Made by a program: the position numbers and the translations under genes. From a virus (taxonomy: Duplodnaviria; Caudoviricetes): a stretch of 64,000 nucleotides of DNA. The notes under the pieces are model-generated. The model was given only the letters and a program-made list of their open reading frames with translations, was not told the DNA's origin and ran no database searches. Shown here piece after piece: positions 30,492-40,697 of the stretch (positions within the stretch are counted from its first letter, which is position 1; each line of letters begins with the position of its first letter). Where the stretch lies: the IMG/VR virus record IMGVR_UViG_3300049794_000047, one strand, 5' to 3'.

Positions 30492-31178
30492 GGCTAAGCC
30501 GTACGTTGCGTCATGCGACGAACAACCCAACGTGCAAGAACCAATTGTCGTGCCGCGCGACGCGCGACGAACAACAGTACGCCAATGAAGGAGCCCCCAT
30601 GACCTCGCTATCCCCCTCCAAACGCGTCTTGACCACGACGAGCGACCAACACGGCGGCGCGTGGTTCCGACTCGCGCGCACGAGCGACGGAATTCTCTGT
30701 CTGGAGTCGATCTCCGAGACGGCGTTGAACCGATCCGGGTTGCTCGCGGCCTGGGCTTTCAGCGGCGACGTGCCACCCCACATCGCGAATCAGCTCGCCG
30801 ACGATGGCGCCCCCGATCAGGTCGCGAGAGTCCTCGACTGTGCCCTTCGCGCCCTCAGGTACACATGAACATCCATGAGGAGAACGCCTGGAAGCTCCTG
30901 ATCAAACTGGGAGCACGAGAGTTCGAGCTCGGCGGAAAGCACGCACTCAACCTGTCCCCGATCCGGGTCACGAGCAGGGACAAATGCTGCCTCTTCGTCC
31001 AAGCCGTCCTCAACGTCGTCGGGCGCAGCGGTGCGAACCGCCGTCACGTCGACCGCCGAGGCTGTCCCATGTATGTCGTCACCGACTACTACACGATCGG
31101 GCAGAACTCCTCCGACCGTCACGATCCTGAACGAAAAGCACTCATCGCACGCACCCGCGCTCGGAGGGACGACCGCCC

Positions 31179-32072
31179 ATGATCTACAAGCTCAGCATCA
31201 AGGATCCTGCCAAAACCCCGGTGAAGTGGCTGGCCCAAGTCGCCGCGTTCAAGCAGCCCCGCATGTTCGAGTTCAAACCAGGCCTCAACATCCTCTGGGG
31301 ACGCAACGGCTCCGGGAAAACGACCTTGACCAAGGTCCTCGCGCGCCTGTTTCACTGTGAGCAGGGCAATCAACCCCTCGTGACCACAGAGTCACTACGC
31401 GCGCTGGTCGGCGATGGCGCCCTGGAGGCCGCTGACATTCGGAAGGGTCTCAAGGTCGTACACGACGGCCAGGGAGTCCGGCATTTCGACCCCGGTCACG
31501 CCGTCGGGCTGATAGGGCTGATAGGCGGAGGAGCCGCGTTCGACAGGGACTTCGGGACCGAGGGCATCGCCAACACGATGTTCAGAGGGTCGGCGGGCCA
31601 GACAACGATGTTCCGGTCCGACCGCCTCATCACCGAGATCGTCGCGGGTGAGGTGCCGGAGGCAGCGTGGAAGTTCTCCCGTGAGCCCACGAGTAACGAC
31701 GCCTGGGGACAACGTGCAAAGCTCGCCGCGCACTTCCTCGAAGGCAATGCCAAAAAGGGTCAACCCACCCTCTTGCTCGACGAGCCCGAGCGCAGCTTCG
31801 ACCTGAACTCTCAGGTTGGCGTCTGGCGCTTCTTGCGCGCCTACGCAGATCAGGTCCAGTTCATCGTGGCGTCGCACTCACTGTTCGCGCTCAAAATCCC
31901 CGAGGCCCACTACATCAAGTTGTCGCCGCGCTACCTCGCAGGTTCCGAGGCCGTGCTGGAGATCCTCCAGAAATGGCCGGGGGAGAAGCCGGCGAAAATC
32001 TCCAAGGAAGAAGCTAGGATCGCGCGAGAAAGCGTGAAGAAACGCAAGGAGCAGGGATCCCGTGGTGACTGA
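31179..32072 (+). CDS. ABC/AAA-family ATPase
   Basis: Walker A GRNGSGKTT, Walker B LLLDEPE, H-loop ASHS. Confidence 0.85.
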   Translation: MIYKLSIKDPAKTPVKWLAQVAAFKQPRMFEFKPGLNILWGRNGSGKTTLTKVLARLFHCEQGNQPLVTTESLRALVGDGALEAADIRKGLKVVHDGQGVRHFDPGHAVGLIGLIGGGAAFDRDFGTEGIANTMFRGSAGQTTMFRSDRLITEIVAGEVPEAAWKFSREPTSNDAWGQRAKLAAHFLEGNAKKGQPTLLLDEPERSFDLNSQVGVWRFLRAYADQVQFIVASHSLFALKIPEAHYIKLSPRYLAGSEAVLEILQKWPGEKPAKISKEEARIARESVKKRKEQGSRGD

Positions 32073-32484
32073 CGTCGTGCAACGTGTCAAAACCTCGCGA
32101 CGGAGGCTCGAGCGTGCTCTCCTCACAATCGCCGAAAATTGGAAGCTCTACGGAAGCAACGTCGCCGATTACAAGACGCTCGGCCCCATTGAGGGCCACG
32201 CGCATGAACTAGCACACACTCTCGATCTCGGACCCGACTTCGAGACCAGGATCGACGGCATGGGGGCTGACGAGGCCAATTCACATGAGGCGGCAGCCCT
32301 TCGCATCGAGGTAGCGGCGCTGGCGAGACTCGGCGTCTACTTGTCGATGCGTCGTCTCTGGGCGTCCGCGAAGTGGGAAGATTCCAACGGAATTCCGGGG
32401 CTTGCTCAATTGCGAATGACCCTGAATCAGCATGAACGAAACTGCGTGAGACGCTTCGTGACCATGGTTACCCACGAGATTTAA
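32062..32484 (+). CDS. HExxH-motif protein, paralog of 24217..24690
   Basis: EGHAHELAHTL...ANSHEAAALRIEV. Confidence 0.7.
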   Translation: MVTDVVQRVKTSRRRLERALLTIAENWKLYGSNVADYKTLGPIEGHAHELAHTLDLGPDFETRIDGMGADEANSHEAAALRIEVAALARLGVYLSMRRLWASAKWEDSNGIPGLAQLRMTLNQHERNCVRRFVTMVTHEI

Positions 32485-32787
32485 CATGACCCGAGAAGAC
32501 TCCATCCGCTCCAAGACGTGGGTGACCGATGACGGCCGCTACCTAACCGTCGACGAAATCACCGACGATCATCTGCACAACATCCGCCTCATGCTTTGCG
32601 CCGGCATAACACCTGGATATGACCAGACCGCGGGCCGTGAGATCGCCCGCGCCCGTGCGGCACGTCGCGAGAATTTGCTGGACTACACCATCGACGGCAC
32701 ATGGGCAGAACTTGATCAGGACATGTATGCCGCTGCATGGCTCCAGATCATCGACGACGAGCTCGCCCAACGCCAAGAAGACGTCGC

Positions 32788-33270
32788 ATGATCGGATACT
32801 CCGAGCGGAACTATTTTTCATCCCCGTCCGTCGCGGCGTACCGACAAGCGTGCGCCCTCGTCGATCGGGTATCGAGCCACACCTCGAGTGACGGCTGTGA
32901 ACTTCGATGTCATGAGCTCGCTCGCGCGGTTGCTCAGCGCCTCGTCATGAGTGGTTTCACAGCGGAGGTGGTCGATGGTAAAATGTGGTGGATCGATCAC
33001 ACTTGGATCTTGCTGTCAGGCCAGGAAGACGCAGCACTACTCGACGTCTATGTCCCGGGGCGAATTCCGCAAGTGCAGCTGATCCACGACCATTCATCGG
33101 TATCTCGTGGGTACGAACGATGGGCACGACCTCGTACGGACATTCGGCACGCCGTGGTTGACGAACTGATCCTCTTGATGGCTTACAAGAACGACATCGA
33201 CGAGAAAATCGTCGTCACGGATCAAGAGTTGATCGGCAAGCACGCAGTCCTCAATGAAGGCAAGCGGTGA
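32788..33270 (+). CDS. hypothetical protein
   Basis: CHELARAV...HTWI...LLDVY, a possible Cys/His/Asp triad. Confidence 0.55.
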   Translation: MIGYSERNYFSSPSVAAYRQACALVDRVSSHTSSDGCELRCHELARAVAQRLVMSGFTAEVVDGKMWWIDHTWILLSGQEDAALLDVYVPGRIPQVQLIHDHSSVSRGYERWARPRTDIRHAVVDELILLMAYKNDIDEKIVVTDQELIGKHAVLNEGKR

Positions 33271-33965
33271 TGAGTCGGTTCGCAGAAGCCCTTTCCACGG
33301 GCCAATTGACGTTCGCGAGTAACATGGTCGCCCAGAAGCACCACGTGGTGCGTCTGCGTTACAGTGCATTCGATGATGACGTTGAAGCTTTGAGCAAGTC
33401 CCTCTCCAAGACGAAGCGAACGGTGAAGATCACCGAGATCGACTCCGAACGTCGTGGTCTGTGGAGTGCGACCGGACTCTGCGGCGTTCACGGCGATCAA
33501 GTTACCTTCGGCAACCGTTCGCGCTACTCCTGGCGCCCGCTGCAAAACCCGAGTCTGGAGACTGTGTGCAAGGGTTGCCTACGCGCGTGGAAGAAGCTCG
33601 GAGAGCCCGAGATCGCTGGCTGGGATCGCAGCGCGCATCCCCAAGACGCCTGGCCGTGGAATCTGCCGTTTGGCTGGCGCGACGTTCCCGCCGAGGGACA
33701 CCCGTGGGATGTGCCGGCAAACACGTCGGTCGAGAGCGTCAAGGACAAAACGGGCGCCATTGTCGGAGAGCACCGCATCGAGTTGCGTCGCTGGGTGCGA
33801 GGTCCGCGCATCATCCGACTCGTCCACCACGTCGACACGGACATCTACGCAGCGAGGTGCTGGCGATCAGACGTCGAGCCAGACGACGAGCGGTGCGCGA
33901 TCCAGGGCACGTTGCAGCACGCCAGGCAGGCGTGTCAAAAATTGATGGCCCAAGGAGGTTACTAG
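33267..33965 (+). CDS. hypothetical protein
   Basis: coupled 232 aa ORF. Confidence 0.65.
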   Translation: MMSRFAEALSTGQLTFASNMVAQKHHVVRLRYSAFDDDVEALSKSLSKTKRTVKITEIDSERRGLWSATGLCGVHGDQVTFGNRSRYSWRPLQNPSLETVCKGCLRAWKKLGEPEIAGWDRSAHPQDAWPWNLPFGWRDVPAEGHPWDVPANTSVESVKDKTGAIVGEHRIELRRWVRGPRIIRLVHHVDTDIYAARCWRSDVEPDDERCAIQGTLQHARQACQKLMAQGGY

Positions 33966-33993
33966 GACCCATGCTTGCCCCGATTAACATGCC

Positions 33994-34404
33994 ATGAGTG
34001 ATCAATATCCACCTTTCGTGGTCAAGCGTTCCGATGGTTTCGTCGGTGTTGAGTTGAGCGTTTCTGATCAGCTAACACCGTTGGAAGCGCGTAAGCTTGC
34101 GGAGCAACTCCTAATCTCCGCGCGCGCCGCAGAGGACGATGACTATCGCGACCCCACGGAAGCCTGCGGCTGGATCGTGTGGGAGCGCGCGACCGACGGT
34201 GAACGTCCTCATATCCGCGCCATTGACCTGTCGGAACAACAGGCCCACACGCACGTCGCGTACCTCAAGGCCGAGGCCAGGATGCAACGCCCATCGAAAC
34301 CAGAACCAGACCTGCTCATTGAAGAAACACGCCTCGATCATCTCTATGCTGCCGCACTGCTGGAGGCACTTCAGAAGCGCGGCACGAAACAGCGCGGAGA
34401 GTGA
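33994..34404 (+). CDS. hypothetical protein
   Basis: coupled to the AAA gene. Confidence 0.6.
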   Translation: MSDQYPPFVVKRSDGFVGVELSVSDQLTPLEARKLAEQLLISARAAEDDDYRDPTEACGWIVWERATDGERPHIRAIDLSEQQAHTHVAYLKAEARMQRPSKPEPDLLIEETRLDHLYAAALLEALQKRGTKQRGE

Positions 34405-36167
34405 CTGTGCAGATCACGATCAAGAGCCGAATCGCGCAAAAGCTGCGCTCCGATGTCGAAGCGTTCCAGAAGATGGAACTGGGCTGGGACGAAGACGCGG
34501 GTGAGCACAAGCACCGCGCCGTTGACCTCGATCTTGGCAAGCTGACGCGCGCGGAATGTGGAAAGTTGCGTGACATCTTCCACACGTCCGGGATCCAGGG
34601 CACGCGCGCCCTCGCCGCGGACATCACGAAGTACCTGCGCGCAGCCCAGGAGGGCGTCGAGAAGATGACGGCGCGCGTCGTGCGCCAGGCGGCGTGGATG
34701 TTGGAGTTCTTCTTCGCGCACCTGCCTCACCACATGATGTTCTCCAAAGACGAATATGAAGGCGGATCCTACGCTGGCTACTACATCGAGGACGTTGCGT
34801 ATCGCGAGCGTCAGGATCACGGTCGAGGCAGCGTGATACCAGAGCACGTCGTCGTCGACTTGCTGTGGATCGACAAGGACACGCGGCGGTCGGAACACCT
34901 GAACTGGTACGCCGAGGATGTGCTCGGCATGTCGCCCGTCGAGATGCTTCAGGGACAGGGCTGCGTCGCCGAGACACCAGACCTGATGGAGCGCCTCCGC
35001 GTCGAGACCGAGTTGTATTACGAGACACGCGACAAGGTCGGCAAAAAGTACACGGCGCGCGGCCTGGCGAAGGACGATCTTGACGACGCTGCCGAGCGGG
35101 CCACCGAGTCCATGTACGGGTGGAGCCAATCTTCTAAGTCGAAGGTCCTTCGCATGGACCTGTTCGGGGTGGAAACACCCGTTGTGATCGACATCCTGTT
35201 CGAGAAGGACGACAAGGAGAACAGCCGAAGCAACGGCAGCGGCAGCGTGAACCTCTACCGCTGGCACCCCTGGAACATGCGCTTCCATTCCCCGAGCGAG
35301 GATGACCTCGCGCGGCACCTGGAGGCTGACGAGGACACGGACTTCGCCCCCGAGTTGCAGTTGCCCGTGCACCCGTTGGTCCCCTGTTTCGACTTGAAAC
35401 GCCACGCACGGCTGCGCGTGCACGTGAACAACCTCACCGAGTACGTGTACCGTCCCGAGGTCGCGAGCGGACTGGTGATCCCAGAGCGTGATCGCGCCTT
35501 GATCGACCTCCTGGTCGATCAATCATCCAACAACTTCCAGGACGTCGTCGAAGGCAAGGGTCAGTCGATGAACATCCTGTCTGGTGGAGTGGCAGGGACC
35601 GGGAAGACACTCACCGCCGAGGTGTTCGCGGAGTTCAAGGGTCGACCCCTGTACAACGTTCAATGCAGCCAACTCGGCCTCAACCCAGAGCAGGTCGAGC
35701 AGAACCTGGGAATCGTGTTGCAGCGAGCGAACCGCTGGAGCGCGATCCTGCTTCTCGACGAGGCCGACGTATACATCCGCCGGCGCGGCGACGACCTCAT
35801 GCGCAACGCGATCGTCGGCGTATTCTTGCGTGTTCTTGAATACGCGCAGTGCATCTTGTTCATGACCACGAACCTCGCCGGTGATGTCGACGACGCGATC
35901 GCATCGCGATGCATCGTCAAGATCAGCTACGACCTCCCTAGCGCAGACGCCCAGCACAAGATCTGGCGCGCGCTCGCCGACCTGAACCGCATCGACCTGC
36001 CGGAAGACACGATCACCGCATTTGTTGCGGCGCACCCACGCATCAGCGGGCGTGACGTCAAGAACCTGCTCAAGCTTGCGTCGTTCGTCTCGGCACGAGA
36101 CGGTAGATCCGTCGACCTCCAGACGCTGGAGTTCGCGCTTGAATACAAGCCCACAGCGGTCGTGTAA
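34401..36167 (+). CDS. AAA+ ATPase
   Basis: GVAGTGKT, ILLLDEAD, ILFMTTN, DDAIASR; no GAFTGA motif. Confidence 0.9.
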   Translation: MTVQITIKSRIAQKLRSDVEAFQKMELGWDEDAGEHKHRAVDLDLGKLTRAECGKLRDIFHTSGIQGTRALAADITKYLRAAQEGVEKMTARVVRQAAWMLEFFFAHLPHHMMFSKDEYEGGSYAGYYIEDVAYRERQDHGRGSVIPEHVVVDLLWIDKDTRRSEHLNWYAEDVLGMSPVEMLQGQGCVAETPDLMERLRVETELYYETRDKVGKKYTARGLAKDDLDDAAERATESMYGWSQSSKSKVLRMDLFGVETPVVIDILFEKDDKENSRSNGSGSVNLYRWHPWNMRFHSPSEDDLARHLEADEDTDFAPELQLPVHPLVPCFDLKRHARLRVHVNNLTEYVYRPEVASGLVIPERDRALIDLLVDQSSNNFQDVVEGKGQSMNILSGGVAGTGKTLTAEVFAEFKGRPLYNVQCSQLGLNPEQVEQNLGIVLQRANRWSAILLLDEADVYIRRRGDDLMRNAIVGVFLRVLEYAQCILFMTTNLAGDVDDAIASRCIVKISYDLPSADAQHKIWRALADLNRIDLPEDTITAFVAAHPRISGRDVKNLLKLASFVSARDGRSVDLQTLEFALEYKPTAVV

Positions 36168-36212
36168 GCTGCGCGCGCTCTTTCACCCCAGAGGACGTCA
36201 TGATCAAGCTAA

Positions 36213-36298
36213 TGGGCTGGAACGAAATAACCTGGTCATTTCGGGTGGATCTTCGTCCGAAAATCTGGTAAATGACCAAGTTAATAAAGTCCAGCCCC
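36213..36298 (-). mobile_element. 86-bp MITE copy 7
   Basis: TAA duplication; one terminal G-to-T change. Confidence 0.9.
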
Positions 36299-36613
36299 TA
36301 ACTTGGTCATTTTGAAGAGGCGAGTGATCATGAATGACAAAGAATCCCTCCCGATCGATCGCCCCGCGAAGGAACGAACGGGCACCAGACCACGGTCGTT
36401 CTCCACAACCACGTCCACTGTCACACCGCGCGTCAGGCAGAGGGCGGCGACTGCGGCACGCGCTTCGAGGCCCGCTGCTCGTGCGGCTGGGAGTAGGGAG
36501 CCAGCAGCCGCGCCGCGGCCGACGCGATCGCTGTCGGACACCGCGGCTACTCGCCGGATGCCGCGGTCATCGTCACTTCGGACATCCCCCAGCCTCGGAA
36601 ATCAGTGGAAGCC

Positions 36614-37198
36614 ATGATCGGCGACCCGAACCATTTGGCCTTTGAAATCACGTGGCCCGCCCAAGAGCCCGTAGCCGTGCAGGGTCTCGGCTGGGGGGAC
36701 CTCGTCGTGTGGTTCTCGGGGTGCGCCCTATGGGCAGCAGGTACACAAGCCCAGCCGGTAGCGTGGACCTGGATCGATCTCGTCGAGCACTTGGCACGCG
36801 CCTGGGGCCCTTTACTGTACGAAGAGCTCTACCCGTATGGGCTCGTCGCGATCGGCCCCGAAGCGTTACGAACGCGTACCCTGCTCACAAGCGTGACCGG
36901 AAAGACCGCGAACGAGGTTGAGGACGCCGTGCATGCGTTCCAGCAACGCCACGACCTCGCTGCCGGGCTTAAGGGTCTCGCGCTTCCGCCGATCTGGCTC
37001 GTGCGCGAGGGGGCGCTGATGCGGATACGCGCAGAGGGGCAGGACCTGTGGCGGCCCTGTAACGAGGTACTGACAACACTCACCCGCTTCGTTGAGGAAG
37101 TCCGCACACGGACTGGCACACAGGGGGCGCGTGCCAAGAACGCCTTCGAGCGGTGGGACGCGCGGATGTCGCACGGAGAACTGTGGTCTCCCAGGTAA
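36614..37198 (+). CDS. hypothetical protein
   Basis: ORF ends within the distal box of P6. Confidence 0.6.
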   Translation: MIGDPNHLAFEITWPAQEPVAVQGLGWGDLVVWFSGCALWAAGTQAQPVAWTWIDLVEHLARAWGPLLYEELYPYGLVAIGPEALRTRTLLTSVTGKTANEVEDAVHAFQQRHDLAAGLKGLALPPIWLVREGALMRIRAEGQDLWRPCNEVLTTLTRFVEEVRTRTGTQGARAKNAFERWDARMSHGELWSPR

Positions 37199-37331
37199 CT
37201 GGCTACCCAGTATCTCGAAGACACCACCCTCGTGTACTGCCAGACACCGGGTGATCCACCACCCAAGGGGACCTGACAAAGACTTGCGCCTGCCTTCGTT
37301 CGGCATATCCCATGCACTAACGGAGAACATG
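37193..37331 (+). promoter_or_regulatory. promoter cassette P6
   Basis: boxes at 37193 (AGGT) and 37249; GACTTGC at 37281; CGGCATATCCCATGCA at 37301; ATG 37329. Confidence 0.7.
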
Positions 37332-37552
37332 ATGACATCCACGATCAAGGAGATCCCCGCGAGCGCCGACACGCCCGCCGATCAACCCTGCAAGACCTGG
37401 CACGTGTCCTACAGGCTGACCTCAAAGTCCCCGGTCCTGCCGATCAGTGACACGTCTTGCTCGCTGGATGAGGCCGTCCTGGAGTTCCAGGCCTGGCGGT
37501 CAGCGAACGGCATCGGGGACTATTACTCGGTCACCTTCGAGGAGGTCTAAGG

Positions 37553-37849
37553 GTGGTGGTCGTCACTCCGCTCCACGCGCACTACTCGCCAGCCCACCTG
37601 GATTACGTGATTGAGCAGATGCGACGGCTTGGACCTCCCAAGATCCGCGCTTACTTCGACGCGGTATCAGGGGCCTGGATGGCTCGGGAAGGTACACCCC
37701 GTCTACGCGCCGCGAAGCTGCTCGACCTTCCGCCGGTCATGGTCCCGGTGCGCTGGCCGCACTCACACAAGGCCCTAGATCGCGCTAGATTCGCAGCGCT
37801 CCTGAGGGGCCACGCCTTTGAGAGGGTCGACGTGACCAATCCAGTATAG
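37553..37849 (+). CDS. ParB N-terminal-like small protein
   Basis: MRRLGPPKIRA...WMAREGTPRLRAA, compare the xGxHRLxAA motif. Confidence 0.5.
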   Translation: MVVVTPLHAHYSPAHLDYVIEQMRRLGPPKIRAYFDAVSGAWMAREGTPRLRAAKLLDLPPVMVPVRWPHSHKALDRARFAALLRGHAFERVDVTNPV

Positions 37850-38584
37850 CCCTAGAAGGAGAAGGCCTGACCACGAAGTGCACTGCCAGAAATGGCACGC
37901 TGAATGAACAACGCGCCGCCAAGCAGGGAACCTGAACATGAGCAACAACCTCCGATGCGACCTGTGTCATATAGGGTTCCGATCCTTCGATACCATTTAC
38001 GAGTCACCCGTGTTCGGTGACCGTGGCGGCGTGTTCCATGTGGAGTGCGCGGAGCACGTCGAGGCAATCATCAGGGAAGAAGGGACGAACGCTATTGCAC
38101 ACATTCTGTACCCGGGTCGCAGAACTGCAGACGAGAAGACCAAGTAGCCATGCTCAAGCCCTCAGACAGCAAGCACAGCGACGAAGGGACAGCCTTCGCC
38201 CGCTGCTCTCGCTGCGGCCTCCCCGACGGCCGCCACATCGGCTACCACGACGCCCACGAGCTCCCCATCAAGCGGGGCCAGCGCGTCCGCGTCAGGGCTG
38301 GGGCCATCCTACACGCCACGTTGCCCCGCCCGTCCAAGCGAACCATGGTGAACAAGCGGTCCCGGGTGGTCACCGCCCTCAGCATCCACCATGGGCTGTC
38401 CGCGCACGTGGGGTACGATGACAACATGAAGAGCCTCTGGCACCCCATCGACGAGCCCCAGGTGTGCTGGCCCGGTGCTGGCGGGTACTGGCACTACGCC
38501 AACATGTCGGACTGTGCGGGGGTACCGTGATCCTGAGAGCCCCGCCTTCGAGACCGTGGTCTGCGCATGGGCTAATGGACTGCC

Positions 38585-38723
38585 AGGTGGCTGGCTACCC
38601 AGTATCCTGGAGACGCCACCCCCGTGTACCCCCAGCCACCGGGTATCTAGTTACTCGGTAGACCTGACGAGAACTTGCACTTGCCTTCGCCCGGCACGCT
38701 TCATGTATAAGGTGACGGTTATG
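38585..38723 (+). promoter_or_regulatory. promoter cassette P7
   Basis: boxes at 38585 and 38641; AACTTGC at 38672; CGGCACGCTTCATGTA at 38692; ATG 38721. Confidence 0.7.
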
Positions 38724-39024
38724 GCCAAGTACTCACACGAAGAATGCCTCGCACTTGCACGCTTGGTACTGACCGACTGCAATAACGCCGTGGGTCCTGC
38801 GGTTGGCCGGTTGCGTGCCATACGGCGGGGCCCCCAGTGAAGGCACTCACTAACGACGAGATCCTCGATGTGCGCGACGGCCGCATCCGCAGGAAAAGCG
38901 ACGGCATCAACGCCCGCGACGGACGAGACGTACACGATGGGTGCGTGTACCCCACAGGCCAAAAGTGCCGAGGTGCTGATCGTTGTCAGTTTCCCTCGCG
39001 ATGCGCCCGCAATGGAGGCACCCC

Positions 39025-39390
39025 ATGACCGACGCCTACCTCATCGTTGACGACCGCGAGGATCACAACTGGAAATACCGCCTGTCCTGGTATTTTCCCG
39101 ACGACGCTGACATCGGCGGCAGCCTCGGCGATTCCGTCTTTACCGAAGCGGACCTGAAAACGATCGACACGAGCGATGTTGACAGCGTGCTCGCCTACCT
39201 GGCAGTTTCCAAGCTGAAGGATGTCCAAAAGGACCACGGAGGCTTCTACTGGGAAACACAAAGAGCTGCACAGGCGGCGTTGCGCATCGCCAAAACCGCG
39301 ATTGCAGTCGGCGCCGAACGGTCAATGCCGGACTGGGCGAAACAGGCGCTCGCCGCTGGGTGGAAGGCCCCGAAGGGATGGAAGCCGTGA
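39025..39390 (+). CDS. hypothetical protein
   Basis: GGAGG RBS; ends WAKQALAAGWKAP. Confidence 0.7.
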   Translation: MTDAYLIVDDREDHNWKYRLSWYFPDDADIGGSLGDSVFTEADLKTIDTSDVDSVLAYLAVSKLKDVQKDHGGFYWETQRAAQAALRIAKTAIAVGAERSMPDWAKQALAAGWKAPKGWKP

Positions 39391-39415
39391 GCCGTCTCGT
39401 GGATTCTCAAACACC

Positions 39416-39970
39416 ATGATCCTCATCGTGCACGGCGGTCAGACGGGCGTCGATCGCGGAGCTCACGAGGCCGCCCTCAACAACGGCTGGTTGATTGCGG
39501 GCTACATGCCTCGCGACGGACGCGATGAGCTCGGCAAAATCCCGGAGGGCGTTGCACGGTTCCTCGCGCCGCACGACAAACCGGGCCTCGCGGCACGCAC
39601 CGAGGCCAACGTACGTGCAGCTGCCGCGGCACTGATCATTGTGAGGGATATGAACGACCCCCGTGTTACGCCCGGCACTGCCAAGACGATCGACCTAGCA
39701 GCCACCCGACGCCTGCCACGGCTGATCGTCGATCCAACAACGGACACGATGCAGATCGCGCACTGGATCTGGAATAGCCAGCGTGTGTTCGGCACGTTGT
39801 TCCTGCCACTCATGGCTCCACCTGGCGATTCGCTTGGATCGATCCCGACGAGACTCCTCGTCGCCGGGCCCCGCGAGAGCAAGTGGCCGGGCGCGCGTGC
39901 CGAAACAACGGCACTGCTCCATAGGGTCGCTGACGCCCTCACAGCGCTTCCCCGGGCAGCCAAAACATAA
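39416..39970 (+). CDS. SLOG-superfamily protein (putative molybdenum carrier/YpsA-like)
   Basis: IVHGGQTGVDRGA, RTEANV, VAGPRESK. Confidence 0.8.
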   Translation: MILIVHGGQTGVDRGAHEAALNNGWLIAGYMPRDGRDELGKIPEGVARFLAPHDKPGLAARTEANVRAAAAALIIVRDMNDPRVTPGTAKTIDLAATRRLPRLIVDPTTDTMQIAHWIWNSQRVFGTLFLPLMAPPGDSLGSIPTRLLVAGPRESKWPGARAETTALLHRVADALTALPRAAKT

Positions 39971-40049
39971 CGCAAACTGCCGCCGCCACCCCGCCGCGGT
40001 GGTAGGATCGACCAATGGCGCCCCCTCACTTCAAGACGAGCCTGCTACG

Positions 40050-40526
40050 ATGACCCACGTCGAAGCCGATAACTTGATCGCGACACTCCCCAAACCGGGG
40101 GGGCTGCGACTCTTCCGTGAGGACGATCGAATCGTGATGGACGGTGGCAAGTTTGGCCCGCACACGCTCAGCGCCAAGGTCTCAAGCGCCGAGCGCCTGC
40201 TCGTGCACTGGAAAGGCTACGTCGAGAACCAGGGGCTTACCCTCGGTCCTGGTTACACGGCCGAGCGCCCAGCACCTGCGCTCATCCCACACCTCAAGAG
40301 CTCAGAGCGCGACTACGAGCCCGGTGACAAGATCGCGTTCAGCTCACCAAGCTACTCAGGAAAAGGCGATCACGGTTGGCGGCCGGGCGTCGTTGTGCGC
40401 GCGACGCCCAAGCGCGTGCTTGTCGAGTACTCGTTCAAGTACGACCTCGAGCAAGCCAAGAAGACCGGCAAAGAGCCGCGCCGTCACGAGATTTGGAAGA
40501 AACGCACCGAGGTACAAAAGCGCTGA
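40050..40526 (+). CDS. hypothetical protein
   Basis: YEPGDKI...WRPGVVV SH3-like C-terminus. Confidence 0.6.
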   Translation: MTHVEADNLIATLPKPGGLRLFREDDRIVMDGGKFGPHTLSAKVSSAERLLVHWKGYVENQGLTLGPGYTAERPAPALIPHLKSSERDYEPGDKIAFSSPSYSGKGDHGWRPGVVVRATPKRVLVEYSFKYDLEQAKKTGKEPRRHEIWKKRTEVQKR

Positions 40527-40558
40527 TCAACACATCCTTCGCTCGTGTCGAGGCTGCC

Positions 40559-40697
40559 AGGGGGCTGGTTACCCAGTATCCCGAAGACGCCACCGCCGTG
40601 TACCCCCAGTCCCTGGGCAGCTAGTTACCCGGTAGACTTGACGAGAACTTGCACGCGCATTCACTTGGCACGCCTCATGTATAAGGTGACTGTTATG
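40559..40697 (+). promoter_or_regulatory. promoter cassette P8 (near-duplicate of P7)
   Basis: boxes at 40559 and 40615; AACTTGC at 40646; TGGCACGCCTCATGTA at 40666; ATG 40695. Confidence 0.7.

Noticed and set aside
34401-36167. AAA+ ATPase as the sigma54 enhancer-binding activator
   Set aside because: No GAFTGA loop and no C-terminal HTH; motifs fit a classical AAA ATPase
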